Below are positions 37,781-49,035 of a stretch of DNA of 64,000 nt, in pieces. This DNA is from Spirochaetia bacterium. GTDB taxonomy: Bacteria > Spirochaetota > Spirochaetia > UBA9216. How positions within the stretch are numbered: the first letter of the stretch is position 1; the number at the start of each line of letters is the position of its first letter. The position numbers and the translations under genes were made by a program. The stretch lies in NCBI GenBank assembly GCA_963675665.1, contig OY776510.1:448001-512000 (forward strand), given 5' to 3'. The notes beneath the pieces were generated by a model. The model saw nothing but the letters and a program-made list of their open reading frames with translations. It did no database searches and was not told the origin of the DNA.

Positions 37781-39592
37781 CTATTCCTTTGTCAGGAACG
37801 GAAGCGCATCATACGTATCTGATTGCATAGGATTGAAATAGTAACCCTTTACCCAGTCCTTCATATAGCGTCGTCTTAACATCTGCGTATTCATTATGCC
37901 CGGAGCATCTTCTATCCAGATTTCCTGCAGCCTGTAGTAAGCAGCCTTTCTAACCTCGGGATCCAGTGATGCGGCGGCTTTTTCAATCAGTTTGTCTGCT
38001 TCAGGATTCGAGTAGCTGCACTGGTGTGCATAGTGGCCTTCGCTGTGCATGTAGGGGTTCACATAGTTGTCCGGATCCGGATAGTCGGGAGCCCAGCCGA
38101 TGAAGAACATCGGCATATTGGATGTTCTAACCATATTTACGTATTCGGCCCATTCTACACCGCGGACAGTAATTTTGAACTTGGGATTAAGTTTCATTAC
38201 ATTTTCAGCAAGAAGCTTTGCTCCGAACTGACGGTCGTCATTACCGTTATTGTAAAGAAGATCCATCTTGAAACCGACTTCCCAGAGTTTTCCGTCAAAG
38301 GCTTTTTTAAAGTATTCTGTAGCCAGTTCAGGACTTGCTGCGGGTCGCTTTAAATCTGCTTTTTTATAAGCCAGGCCTGTTGCTACAGGAGTAACAGGAT
38401 CCATTGCATAGCCGTTAAGGATATCATTAAGAAAAACACCTTCGTCCCATGCTGCTACAAAGGCCTTTCGTACATTATCGTCAGCAAAGAAATTCGGAGG
38501 AACACCTTCACCGTCGAGTTTGCCGGAGAAAATCAGGGGGTTGTCTACCGCTGCTATATCCTCATTAAAACCGAACCCGGAAACATCCAGAGAGGGAAGA
38601 TCTTTATAGACGGTTATCCCGGCACTTTCAACTTCTTTATCCATATCCGGAAAATATGTGGCGTCAACCTGAACAATATCGGCATCACCCTGGATAAGCA
38701 TGAGCTTTCTGGTCGACCATTCGTCTACAACCTTGTAGATACCCTTTTTAATTGCCGGTTTCGGTCCCCAGTAATCTTCATTCCTTGTTACTACAAGTTC
38801 AACACCCTTGTCCCATCTGTCGAGTTTGTAAGGACCTGTTCCGCTTGCAATATCATAAAGGGGTTCTTTCCCTGCTTCGGGGTTATTGGCAGCTGCCATG
38901 CCGGCTTCAGTTCCATCCCAGTCGCCGTTCTCAATACTAAATTGCTTGTCTACAATACCGGCCCATTTGCCGCCGAGTACTCCAAAGAAATACGGCACAG
39001 GATAAAGAAGGTTAAAAACAACATAATCACCGTCGACCTCAACAGCCTTGTCGATATCGGCAAAATCTACAACGATATTGCCGTCGCCATCCCTTGAGCC
39101 ATAGAGTTCAGGAATAAACAGCTGATACCAGATCCAGTTGGGGCCGGCATCCGGATCAAGGACCATATTTCTTTCGAAGGAATATTCAACGTCTTCCGGA
39201 GTCAAGGGATTACCGCTGTGGAACTTGATTCCTTTCTTTATCTTAAATCTGTAAGTTTTACCGTCATTGATTATTCCGCCGTTTTCAACAGTCGGTAATT
39301 CTTCTGCTAAAAGCGGCACAAATTCGCTTGTAGATTCGCCCTTGAATCCGACCAGAGTGTCATATAACTGCGACATATTAGTCCAGGAAGCATTATCATA
39401 GGCCTTACAAGGGTCAAGACTGTCGATAGTTCCGTAGGTTGCAAAAACAAGCGTGTCGGGATTTTTTATTTCCGCTGCCGCGGGAGCGGCTTCAGCTTCT
39501 TTCGCTTCAGCAGCTTTTTCTTCTTTTGCGCAGCCGGCGAATACGGTAAAAATCAGCGCGACCGCTACAAGCAGTAAGATTGCTTTTTTCAT
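37781..39592 (-). CDS. dppA: Peptide ABC substrate-binding lipoprotein (family 5)
   Basis: Lipobox FAGC; SLDP, GIKFHSG, SGTGPYKL, GWAPDYPDP. Confidence 0.93.
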   Translation of the reverse strand: MKKAILLLVAVALIFTVFAGCAKEEKAAEAKEAEAAPAAAEIKNPDTLVFATYGTIDSLDPCKAYDNASWTNMSQLYDTLVGFKGESTSEFVPLLAEELPTVENGGIINDGKTYRFKIKKGIKFHSGNPLTPEDVEYSFERNMVLDPDAGPNWIWYQLFIPELYGSRDGDGNIVVDFADIDKAVEVDGDYVVFNLLYPVPYFFGVLGGKWAGIVDKQFSIENGDWDGTEAGMAAANNPEAGKEPLYDIASGTGPYKLDRWDKGVELVVTRNEDYWGPKPAIKKGIYKVVDEWSTRKLMLIQGDADIVQVDATYFPDMDKEVESAGITVYKDLPSLDVSGFGFNEDIAAVDNPLIFSGKLDGEGVPPNFFADDNVRKAFVAAWDEGVFLNDILNGYAMDPVTPVATGLAYKKADLKRPAASPELATEYFKKAFDGKLWEVGFKMDLLYNNGNDDRQFGAKLLAENVMKLNPKFKITVRGVEWAEYVNMVRTSNMPMFFIGWAPDYPDPDNYVNPYMHSEGHYAHQCSYSNPEADKLIEKAAASLDPEVRKAAYYRLQEIWIEDAPGIMNTQMLRRRYMKDWVKGYYFNPMQSDTYDALPFLTKE

Positions 39593-39698
39593 GAAGTTCT
39601 CCTTTTAAAAGATTAAATATTTTACAATCTGTCAGTATATAGTATGTGAGCAACTTTGCCAACGATTATTTCCCGGTAGAGAGATTTACGCCGTTTTT

Positions 39699-41393
39699 TT
39701 ATATTGATTCATCAATTAATGCCCTGCAGGTTCTTCCGGCCATCTCCAGCGGAACCCTCCAAGACCGGCCTGTTCTGCGCTCATAAAACTCGGCATTGCC
39801 GTCCTGGAGCCCTTTTGTCGAAACGACAATCCGGTAAGGGATGCCAAGCAGATCATAGTCCTTGAATTTTACGCCTACAGATTCATGACGGTCGTCAAAC
39901 AATACCTTTGAGCCGAGCTCCGCAGCCAGAGATTCTACGACATTCTTGACTCTGAACGATTTGCCTATTCCCATCAGGAAAAAACTGTAAGGAGCAATTC
40001 CCGGAGGCCAGATAATTCCACGCTCATCATGATTGGACTCGACGATTGCAGTCATAAGCCTGCCGAGACCGATTCCGTATGAACCCATATGGGGATAAAC
40101 TGTCTCGCCGTTCTCTTCGGCAAACGACAAACCTATCGATTTTGAGTAAAAATCGCCGAGCTTAAAGATATTGCCTACCTCGATAGCTTTTACCTCTTCA
40201 AGCTTTGTTCTGCATCGCAGGCACTCATTATCCGCATGGATCCTTGCTATATCGCCTACAATACTGCTTTCGAAATCCCTTCCGAAATTCGCGTTCAGAA
40301 TATGTACTTCCGGCTTGTCGGACCCGACAATAAGATTATCTGTTTCGGAGACGGAATCATCTACAACCAGCTTATATCCTGTTATCTCGTTTGACGGGAA
40401 CAAAAACCCCGGGACAAGCCCCTCAGCCCGGACTTCTTCCGGCGTTGCCGGGCCAATCACCGGTTCTTCCAGCAAACGCGACAGTTTTTCAAGACTTACC
40501 TCGTAATCACCCCTGCACACCACAAGAACCCAGCCTTTAAGGGTTTTATAAAGTGTTGTTACGGCTATCTTGTCAGCTGAAACTCCGAGATATTCCATCA
40601 GTTTTTCTTTTGTATTGCAGCCCGGGGTTTCAATTTCTTCGGCCGGAAGAGGCATGGCAGCTTTTACATCCTTATGGCCTACAGCCACATCGATATTGGC
40701 AATATATCCGCAGGAAGGACATTTTATAATCCTGTTATCCCCCCAGTTGCACGGCATCAGGAATTCATAAGCCCTGTCCCCGCTCAGAGATCCTACAGCT
40801 GATTCCGCAGTGATTATTCCGATTCCGCAACGTTCGAAAATGCTTCTGTATGCCTTGAAAACCCTGGGGAAAAAGTTGTTAAGATCAGTGTATGAACGAT
40901 GGAAGGAATAGGCGTCCTTCATGGTAAACTCTTTTGCCCTGAAAAGTCCGCATCTTATTTTTTCCTCGTCCCTGAATTTTGTTTTAAACTGATAGAGGAA
41001 TCTCGGGAAATCCCGGTAACTGTTAATTGATACCCTGGCAAGCTGTGTAATAGGTTCAAGATGGCTGGTCGACAAAACCAGATTGTGTCCCGACCGATCC
41101 TGAAACCCGATAAGTTCCTTTCCTATAAGCTGATCCCGGCCTGTTTTTTTCAGAAGGTTTCTGGGCACGACAAGAGGCAGATCCATTTCCTGGCCGCCCA
41201 GCGCGTCCATTTCATCCCTGATTATCTCTTTCAGATTGTCCATAACACGCATGCCCATAGGCATAATTGAGAACAGTCCGGGACCCAGGCTGCGGACAAA
41301 CCCGCCCCGAAGCAAAAGTGAATAACTTATCGATTTAGCTGTCCTGGGGTTGTGTCTTAAAGTATTATTACCGAATACCTGGGAATATTTCAT
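39699..41393 (-). CDS. proS: Proline--tRNA ligase homolog (bacterial type with INS domain), divergent
   Basis: Motif 2 KFRDE...EFTMKDAYSF, motif 3 YGIGLGRL, DDR..S.GVKF anticodon domain; several conserved residues changed. Confidence 0.8.
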   Translation of the reverse strand: MKYSQVFGNNTLRHNPRTAKSISYSLLLRGGFVRSLGPGLFSIMPMGMRVMDNLKEIIRDEMDALGGQEMDLPLVVPRNLLKKTGRDQLIGKELIGFQDRSGHNLVLSTSHLEPITQLARVSINSYRDFPRFLYQFKTKFRDEEKIRCGLFRAKEFTMKDAYSFHRSYTDLNNFFPRVFKAYRSIFERCGIGIITAESAVGSLSGDRAYEFLMPCNWGDNRIIKCPSCGYIANIDVAVGHKDVKAAMPLPAEEIETPGCNTKEKLMEYLGVSADKIAVTTLYKTLKGWVLVVCRGDYEVSLEKLSRLLEEPVIGPATPEEVRAEGLVPGFLFPSNEITGYKLVVDDSVSETDNLIVGSDKPEVHILNANFGRDFESSIVGDIARIHADNECLRCRTKLEEVKAIEVGNIFKLGDFYSKSIGLSFAEENGETVYPHMGSYGIGLGRLMTAIVESNHDERGIIWPPGIAPYSFFLMGIGKSFRVKNVVESLAAELGSKVLFDDRHESVGVKFKDYDLLGIPYRIVVSTKGLQDGNAEFYERRTGRSWRVPLEMAGRTCRALIDESI

Positions 41394-41567
41394 AAATCAT
41401 TGATATTTTAATACAATTTCCGGTTTTTTACATTAAAATAATATTTCTATGTGAAATAAAGTCCGCACGAAAAGCCTAATTGCTCTTTTAGTGGTCATTT
41501 AACCGCTCTAAACCTTGACATTTAAAGCAATTATCAGGATCCTATGGGTAACAACCATATGGAATAG

Positions 41568-42884
<1,317 letters not shown>

Positions 42885-42945
42885 TAACGTCTGATTCTGC
42901 TCGCCAACACACGGGCTCCCGGGATAATCCGGGGGCAATATATAT

Positions 42946-42979
42946 AAGCCCGCACCGAACCTCGGTTTGCGGGCTTTTT
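42946..42979 (+). terminator. Rho-independent terminator of eno
   Basis: AAGCCCGCA...TGCGGGCTT followed by T-tract. Confidence 0.85.
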
Positions 42980-43019
42980 AAGGTTGACTCAAAATACATG
43001 GGCGGCTAACATCGTAACA

Positions 43020-43640
43020 ATGAAAACACTATATTTTATCCGCCATGCTGAAAGCGAAGCAAACAAAAAAAGAATACTCGGCAGCAGGTTGCCTTCTCCG
43101 CTTACTGACGCCGGCAAACGTGATTCTGAAAGAATTGCTGCGGAACTGAAACAACTTGCCGACATCGACTGTATTGTTTCATCGCCTCTTAAAAGGGCCG
43201 TTCAGACGGCCGAATCGTTCAGCGCCGTATTCAACCTTGATATCCGGCTGGACGACAGGATCACCGAGCATGAACTCGGGATATTCTCGGGCATGAGTTA
43301 TGACGAGGTAAAAACGCACCCCGATTACGAAAACGACACGCTTAAACGGTGGAACTGGCAGCCTGAAGGCGGCGAATCATATTCCATGATTGCAGACAGG
43401 GTTGTTGATTTTCTAAACGGTATAAATAACTATAAGGATGCCGAAAACATACTGGTTGTTACACATGCAGTGTCGCTGAGAATGATACTGGCGGCTCTTA
43501 AGAACACTCTGCCGGATTATCCGAAAGACTTTCCGAACAACGGGGAAATCCTTAAAGTCAGATTCTCCGGCCTCGGGAAGGTTTACGAAACCGAATCGAT
43601 ATTTCTCGGCAACAGCAGGGATTTCAACCACAATCCTTAA
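43020..43640 (+). CDS. Histidine phosphatase family protein
   Basis: YFIRHAES, SSPLKRAVQT, GGES, LVVTHA; real start ATG 43020. Confidence 0.9.
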   Translation: MKTLYFIRHAESEANKKRILGSRLPSPLTDAGKRDSERIAAELKQLADIDCIVSSPLKRAVQTAESFSAVFNLDIRLDDRITEHELGIFSGMSYDEVKTHPDYENDTLKRWNWQPEGGESYSMIADRVVDFLNGINNYKDAENILVVTHAVSLRMILAALKNTLPDYPKDFPNNGEILKVRFSGLGKVYETESIFLGNSRDFNHNP

Positions 43641-43729
43641 ATCAAATATACTATAATAAAACATTCCGCCCGAAACCGGTTTCCTGTTTTAATTTGACAA
43701 TCCAATCGGCAAGTGGTAGATTTTTTTCA

Positions 43730-44644
43730 ATGATGAACCATCTGCTTTTCTGGGGTTATATTATTGCGGGAACCCTCGGGGTTTCCGTGATCATTATTTC
43801 CGCTTTTCTTTCCGTAAAATATGATATACGGCCGTTGTTCCGTTATTCCGTCTTTCTCGGGCTTCTGGGCCTTCTCTTTTTTACTGAAATTCTGGAATTA
43901 TATTCGGCAATAGCAAAGATTCCATTCTATACATCCAATTCACAGATCAATATTATTTCCTATATTACTCTTATCTTTGTTATTTCCGTTTATTTCCCGT
44001 TTTTCATTACCAGATTTAGAGCAGACGCTTCACCCAAAAAAGAGATTATACTGATCATTTTTCCGGCCCTTTTGTTTGCTGCGGTATTGGTCCTTTATTT
44101 TTCAGGCGTAGCGCTGTTTGTTCTGGCCGATATAGCCGATATTCTGTTTTTTGTTATCATATGCAGCTGGGTAATTTATTTTCTTAAAAACATGTATTAT
44201 CTGCCGGGCCCCGGGCATAAGGTTAAATTCAGAACCTTGCTCCTGATTATACTGTTTTTTGTTCCCTTTTCAGTTTTGAACATTTTCTTCCCGTCGGCGG
44301 ATGCAACGGGAAAACCCGATTTCGTATCAATTCCCTTTCTGATTTTCTACTTCGGATGGAACCTCCTGAATTTAATTTATGCCCTTAAAATATTTTTTCA
44401 GCCCGGCGAAAAAAACCCCCTTAAGGAAAAAATCACATCCTTTGCGGCAGCATACCGACTAAGCAGAAGAGAAAAAGAAATCGTATCACTGATAGTAAGC
44501 GGTGAAAGCAATAAAAGCATCGGTTTCGCACTTAATATTTCAGAACGGACGGTAAAAAACCATATATACAACATCTATAAGAAAGCAGAGGTACAGAGCC
44601 GGACGGAACTATTCGTCAAACTTTACAAACAGGTTTCGTCTTAA
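43730..44644 (+). CDS. Membrane-anchored LuxR-family regulator
   Basis: ~7 TM helices then LSRREKEIV..G.SNKSI...ISERTVKNHIYNIY.K. Confidence 0.9.
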   Translation: MMNHLLFWGYIIAGTLGVSVIIISAFLSVKYDIRPLFRYSVFLGLLGLLFFTEILELYSAIAKIPFYTSNSQINIISYITLIFVISVYFPFFITRFRADASPKKEIILIIFPALLFAAVLVLYFSGVALFVLADIADILFFVIICSWVIYFLKNMYYLPGPGHKVKFRTLLLIILFFVPFSVLNIFFPSADATGKPDFVSIPFLIFYFGWNLLNLIYALKIFFQPGEKNPLKEKITSFAAAYRLSRREKEIVSLIVSGESNKSIGFALNISERTVKNHIYNIYKKAEVQSRTELFVKLYKQVSS

Positions 44645-45748
44645 TACATGAATCCTTACAATTGAACCGGTAGCAAAAACTGCAACGCAAACAATAAATA
44701 ATACAGCCTCCCTGAAAAACGGTTTAATCATAATATAAAATTTGACAATCAAAGCGGAGACAACGGTGACTCCGAAGGAGATGAGCAATACCGTTCCCGT
44801 TGATAAACATCCGTGGGGAATCAGCAATCGCATCCATCCTATTATCATCCAGTGAATAACATAAAAAGACGTCAGGTATTTCCCCAAGAATGAAAGAAAC
44901 CCTGTTTTCAATTTTGCCGGAAAGATTCTGTCGATAAAACCGATTAGAAAACTCCATACAAGTACAAACCCTCCGATAGCAAAAAGTCCGGCTGCTTTCA
45001 TCTGCCCGTAATCATTAAAAAAGCGATCAAAATCCTTAACAAGGGGAACTATTGCGACTGTTATTGCAGCACATCCGGTTGTAAATAAAAACAGATAGTA
45101 ACGCTTTGAGATTATATTCAATAATTTTCCAAACACCATACCCTGCAGGGGGAAAAACAGCCAGGGAAACAACGGAAAGGTGACCAGGTCATGATCATTG
45201 CCCCAGAGAGGCTCAATTATTCTTCCCAATACCGGAATTCCCTCGCCGCGGCCCCACAGAAACGGAGAGAAAAAGGCAATAACGCATGCAATCAATTCCC
45301 ATATCCACAATTTCCGTGAAAACCGGGAAATCAGACTCATGCATATGAATGCAAGTCCCGCAAAGATCAGGATATCAACCGTAAGAAAAAGATATTCATA
45401 GGTATACATCGGCGAGAAATGATCTGCCGGCAGCTGCAAAAATTCTTTGCCGATAAAGACAGGAACTACGCCCCTGAAAAAATTTAAAAGATATCCGATA
45501 AACAGCAGCTGAATGCCCCTTTTAATATTTCCCGGCAGATCCATGAAATCTTTCCGGGCAAAAAGAAATCCCATGATAACCATAAAAACAGGAGCCGCCG
45601 GCGGTCCGCCAAGGAAATCAATCAGAACTCTTGAGGTTTCTCTCGGACCGTCGAAATCGGCAAAAACATTCATCACATGGACCATCACCATAAAAACGAC
45701 AGCCAGCCCCCGCAGGACATCAAGAATCCCGAACCGTTGTTTATTCAT
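44609..45748 (-). CDS. Membrane acyltransferase-like protein (HGSNAT/DUF1624-type)
   Basis: RF..LDVLRGLAV..MVMVH, AAPVFM, FPLFPW. Confidence 0.8.
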   Translation of the reverse strand: MNKQRFGILDVLRGLAVVFMVMVHVMNVFADFDGPRETSRVLIDFLGGPPAAPVFMVIMGFLFARKDFMDLPGNIKRGIQLLFIGYLLNFFRGVVPVFIGKEFLQLPADHFSPMYTYEYLFLTVDILIFAGLAFICMSLISRFSRKLWIWELIACVIAFFSPFLWGRGEGIPVLGRIIEPLWGNDHDLVTFPLFPWLFFPLQGMVFGKLLNIISKRYYLFLFTTGCAAITVAIVPLVKDFDRFFNDYGQMKAAGLFAIGGFVLVWSFLIGFIDRIFPAKLKTGFLSFLGKYLTSFYVIHWMIIGWMRLLIPHGCLSTGTVLLISFGVTVVSALIVKFYIMIKPFFREAVLFIVCVAVFATGSIVRIHVLRRNLFVKFDE

Positions 45749-45898
45749 TTTTCACTCCTGCAGGCATTATCAGGGAATGAAATAATCATATAAATGGGAA
45801 ATTAGTACCGGACAACCGGGATTTTGTATGGGAAAAAAGTACCGGTCTTCCTTCTTCAGACCGGTCGGTCAATACCGCCGCCTACAGCGCCTGAAAAT

Positions 45899-46096
45899 CT
45901 ACTCATCCTCAAAAATAAACAGTTCGTCAATCGTACTTCCCAGCTGTTTTGCAATCCGGTGCGCAAGCTGAAGCGACGGGTTATAATTACCTTTTTCAAT
46001 AAAACTGATGGTCTCACGCCGGGCCCCTACGAGTTGGCCAAGCTGCTGCTGGGTAAGGTCAAAACGCGCCCTGAATTCCCTGATTCGCGTTCTCAT
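45899..46096 (-). CDS. XRE-family HTH regulator
   Basis: [29 protein letters not shown]. Confidence 0.92.
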   Translation of the reverse strand: MRTRIREFRARFDLTQQQLGQLVGARRETISFIEKGNYNPSLQLAHRIAKQLGSTIDELFIFEDE

Positions 46097-46482
46097 TCAG
46101 CCTTGAGTTTCCTTAGATATACAAACCTTGAAATATGAAACGAAAACACCATTCCGAGAAGCAGATAGGTTACAAGAACCTCAAACGAAGGCTTCCAGCC
46201 GCCCAAAAAGTTTATCCAGCAGAATATGAATATTACTGCAACAGTAACAAGCCACGAATTTCTGTAGCTCTTAAGCGCAATAAGAACAGTCAATTCGTCA
46301 TATTCAACAATATTCAGCCTTTTCTGTTTACTGCTTCTGACGGCATTAATTATCATGAATACACCGATAACCGTTGCGAAGGTTATTATCTCAATACTGA
46401 AATCAGTATAGATCAAACCGAAGACAGTCAGCGCCCCGGCAAAACCATACGATACAACAGAGACAACCTGCTTCCTGTTCAT
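46093..46482 (-). CDS. DUF2178-like membrane protein
   Basis: 4 TM helices with YDEL motif; coupled to the XRE gene. Confidence 0.65.
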   Translation of the reverse strand: MNRKQVVSVVSYGFAGALTVFGLIYTDFSIEIITFATVIGVFMIINAVRSSKQKRLNIVEYDELTVLIALKSYRNSWLVTVAVIFIFCWINFLGGWKPSFEVLVTYLLLGMVFSFHISRFVYLRKLKAE

Positions 46483-47019
46483 TCCACACCCCTGTTAATT
46501 ATTTATAACTATATGTTAATTATATCTAACATAAGGGATATTGTCAAATTCAAAATTCTACTTTCTCGGATTTTGATATACATCTCCATGGTATCCCTTT
46601 CCTTTCTGAAAGAGTTGGAATTTCAGAAAGGAAAGAGTGTCGAACAGCAGTACAAAAAGACTGGAAAGATAAAAATAAAAGTGCCCTCGACATATCGACC
46701 TTGGGCGCCTAACTCCTTAAGAAGGATTGAGTTGCAATATAGTTCGTGATTATATAATATTTAAACGTTTGCTCCATGACATTATCATCAAGAACCTTTA
46801 ACTGTAACTAGAATTTTCGCTATAATGCTAAAGAGCTATACGACAAGTTATTAAGTTTGAACATAAAACTATATACCCCAGCTGTAATTCTTTCAAAAAA
46901 ATGATTTATATAAACCATATTAGATTGAGCAGATACGTTTCAACGTAAAATAACACAGGCATTGAAAGGAATTCATTACAATGATCTCTTATGTGACATA
47001 TTATTTTTTCTGCAATTTA

Positions 47020-47061
47020 CAGTTGCCCGCCGTAAACACTTAAGCTTATGGCGGACAACTG
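47020..47061 (-). terminator. Stem-loop ending the catabolic operon
   Basis: CAGTTGCCCGCCGTAA / TTATGGCGGACAACTG. Confidence 0.65.
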
Positions 47062-47084
47062 ACGGTTAGAGACACATTATATTT

Positions 47085-48095
47085 TTACTCGAAACAAATA
47101 TATACTTTGATCTGGTTCTTTGTATTCTTGGCTTTTTCAAATCCAAGGTTAATATCTTCCAGCCTTACCCTGTCAGTAATAAAAAGATCTGCGGGCATTT
47201 TCCCCTGTGCGATGATATCAAGGCCTCCGCGTATATTACCCTTCATCTGCGCCTTGACCGTAACTTGTTTAACCATCCAGCTAAGCGGCTTAATCTCCGC
47301 CGGTTCTACAGACATGCCAACAATCATTACAGTCCCGCCGATCTTTACCATGTCCACACTTTGTTGAATTGTAAAGTTGTTTCCAACACAGTCGAATACC
47401 ACGGCTGCTCCACCACCGGTTTTCAACATTGCGTCAACACGGATATCGCTACTGGAAGGATCGAACACTTCGTCGGCGCCAAGCTTCTTTGCAAGTTCCC
47501 TTCGTTCGGCTACAGGTTCACTAACAATAACCTTCGATGCGCCGAACACTTTTGCTGCGATTATGGTAGAGAGGCCTATAGCACCGCCACCTACGATCAT
47601 GACCGAATCGCCTGCTTTCATTGGCGAATTTTCGATTGCGCCAACTGCAACACCGATTGTATCGGCCAGCGCGGCTTCCTCATCGGTAACATGTTCCGGA
47701 ATGCGCAACAAGTTTTCCGGCTTAAGTAATATATATTCTCCAAAACCGCCGGCATTTACAGCCTTATGCCCAGCCAAAGCACTAGCTGGGTCTGCCAGAA
47801 ATGCTTTTATAAAGTCTACGCTTAGCGGCGGATTACTGCCCGACATACCCAACAAAACCGCACGGTCTCCCGCCTTCCAGTCTGAAACTTCCTTACCTAC
47901 AGCCTCAACCGTTCCCGCCCATTCGTGCCCAGGCGTTACACCAAGAGGTGTATTTTTAATATTGTAGATATGCAAATCCGATCCGCATATACCACAGCAG
48001 GTTACTTTTACAAGCACTTCCCCATTTCCCGGAACCGGCGTAGGGACTTCTACGACATCAAAATGTCCAACACTTGCTAATACTGGTTTCTTCAT
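47085..48095 (-). CDS. Zinc-binding (MDR) dehydrogenase
   Basis: CGICGSDLH, GHEWAG, VGGGAIG. Confidence 0.9.
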   Translation of the reverse strand: MKKPVLASVGHFDVVEVPTPVPGNGEVLVKVTCCGICGSDLHIYNIKNTPLGVTPGHEWAGTVEAVGKEVSDWKAGDRAVLLGMSGSNPPLSVDFIKAFLADPASALAGHKAVNAGGFGEYILLKPENLLRIPEHVTDEEAALADTIGVAVGAIENSPMKAGDSVMIVGGGAIGLSTIIAAKVFGASKVIVSEPVAERRELAKKLGADEVFDPSSSDIRVDAMLKTGGGAAVVFDCVGNNFTIQQSVDMVKIGGTVMIVGMSVEPAEIKPLSWMVKQVTVKAQMKGNIRGGLDIIAQGKMPADLFITDRVRLEDINLGFEKAKNTKNQIKVYICFE

Positions 48096-49033
48096 TAATT
48101 CATCCTTAATAAGTTAAATTGTTTATTCATGAACTTACCGATCCGTTCAACAGCCTGCAATCCTTCGGGCAATATCGACGAAAAGACTTGAAATACATGA
48201 AAGAGTTCATCCCAAATTTCCAATGTAACATTAACACCCTGTGCAGCCAGTCGATCGTAAAGCTCAGTAGAATCTTCCAGCAGCCTCTCATTACCGCCCA
48301 CCTGGATTAATACGGGCGGCGCACCAGCAAAATCACCGTTTATTGGTGAAATCATCCGGTCGGAAAAGTCATGTCCATCTGCATACAACATCGCCTTGAA
48401 CCATAAGTCGTTTTTTGTAATATCCGGGCCTTTGTAGCGTTCAATCAACTCCTCAGTGGTCGCTTCCGTTTTCGTCCAGGGAGAAAGCAACACGACTGCT
48501 GCTGGAAGTGGCTGCTTCTCTTCTAACAGCGTTAGCAATAAAGCAAGCACAAGCCCCCCGCCGGCTGAATCACCCGAAAGGATGACCTGCCGGGGTTGAA
48601 TATCCTGCTGCAGTAACCATTTATAAGCTGTGTAAACATCCTCAAGCGCCGCAGGAAACGGATGCTCAGGCGCAAGCCGGTAATCAGGTATAATCGACTG
48701 AGCGTTTGCTTTTTCTGCTATTACAGCAGCCAATTCACGGTGTGAATTGAGCGAACCAAACAAATACGCACCACCGTGAAGGAAAAGCACGATCCGGCTT
48801 TCGTCGCAATTCAGAGGAAGAATACTTTCTCCTGATACGCCGTTCATATCGATTGATTTAACTCTGACGCTTTCTTTAATCGGAGCCAATACAGCGAGCT
48901 TATCAAGTCTTGCTCGGCTCGCCTGTATATCTACAGTTCCATCAGGCGGTTCATTGCTGCTGCCGCCCGACATATCGATAATCTTTTGAACAATAGGCAA
49001 GCTTTGTTCCGAAACAGAAACATGTGACATCAT
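48095..49033 (-). CDS. Alpha/beta hydrolase, HSL-family esterase
   Basis: HGGAY, YRLAPEHPFP, GDSAGG, HVFQ. Confidence 0.93.
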   Translation of the reverse strand: MMSHVSVSEQSLPIVQKIIDMSGGSSNEPPDGTVDIQASRARLDKLAVLAPIKESVRVKSIDMNGVSGESILPLNCDESRIVLFLHGGAYLFGSLNSHRELAAVIAEKANAQSIIPDYRLAPEHPFPAALEDVYTAYKWLLQQDIQPRQVILSGDSAGGGLVLALLLTLLEEKQPLPAAVVLLSPWTKTEATTEELIERYKGPDITKNDLWFKAMLYADGHDFSDRMISPINGDFAGAPPVLIQVGGNERLLEDSTELYDRLAAQGVNVTLEIWDELFHVFQVFSSILPEGLQAVERIGKFMNKQFNLLRMN

Positions 49034-49035
49034 TG

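Noticed and set aside
45899-46482. Toxin-antitoxin pair
   Set aside because: XRE plus DUF2178-like membrane protein is a common regulator-membrane pair with no toxin motif.
46135-46749. 204-aa + strand ORF (also 70-651, 19691-20404, 35921-36610, 55088-55603)
   Set aside because: Antisense to well-supported genes, with no recognisable motifs.
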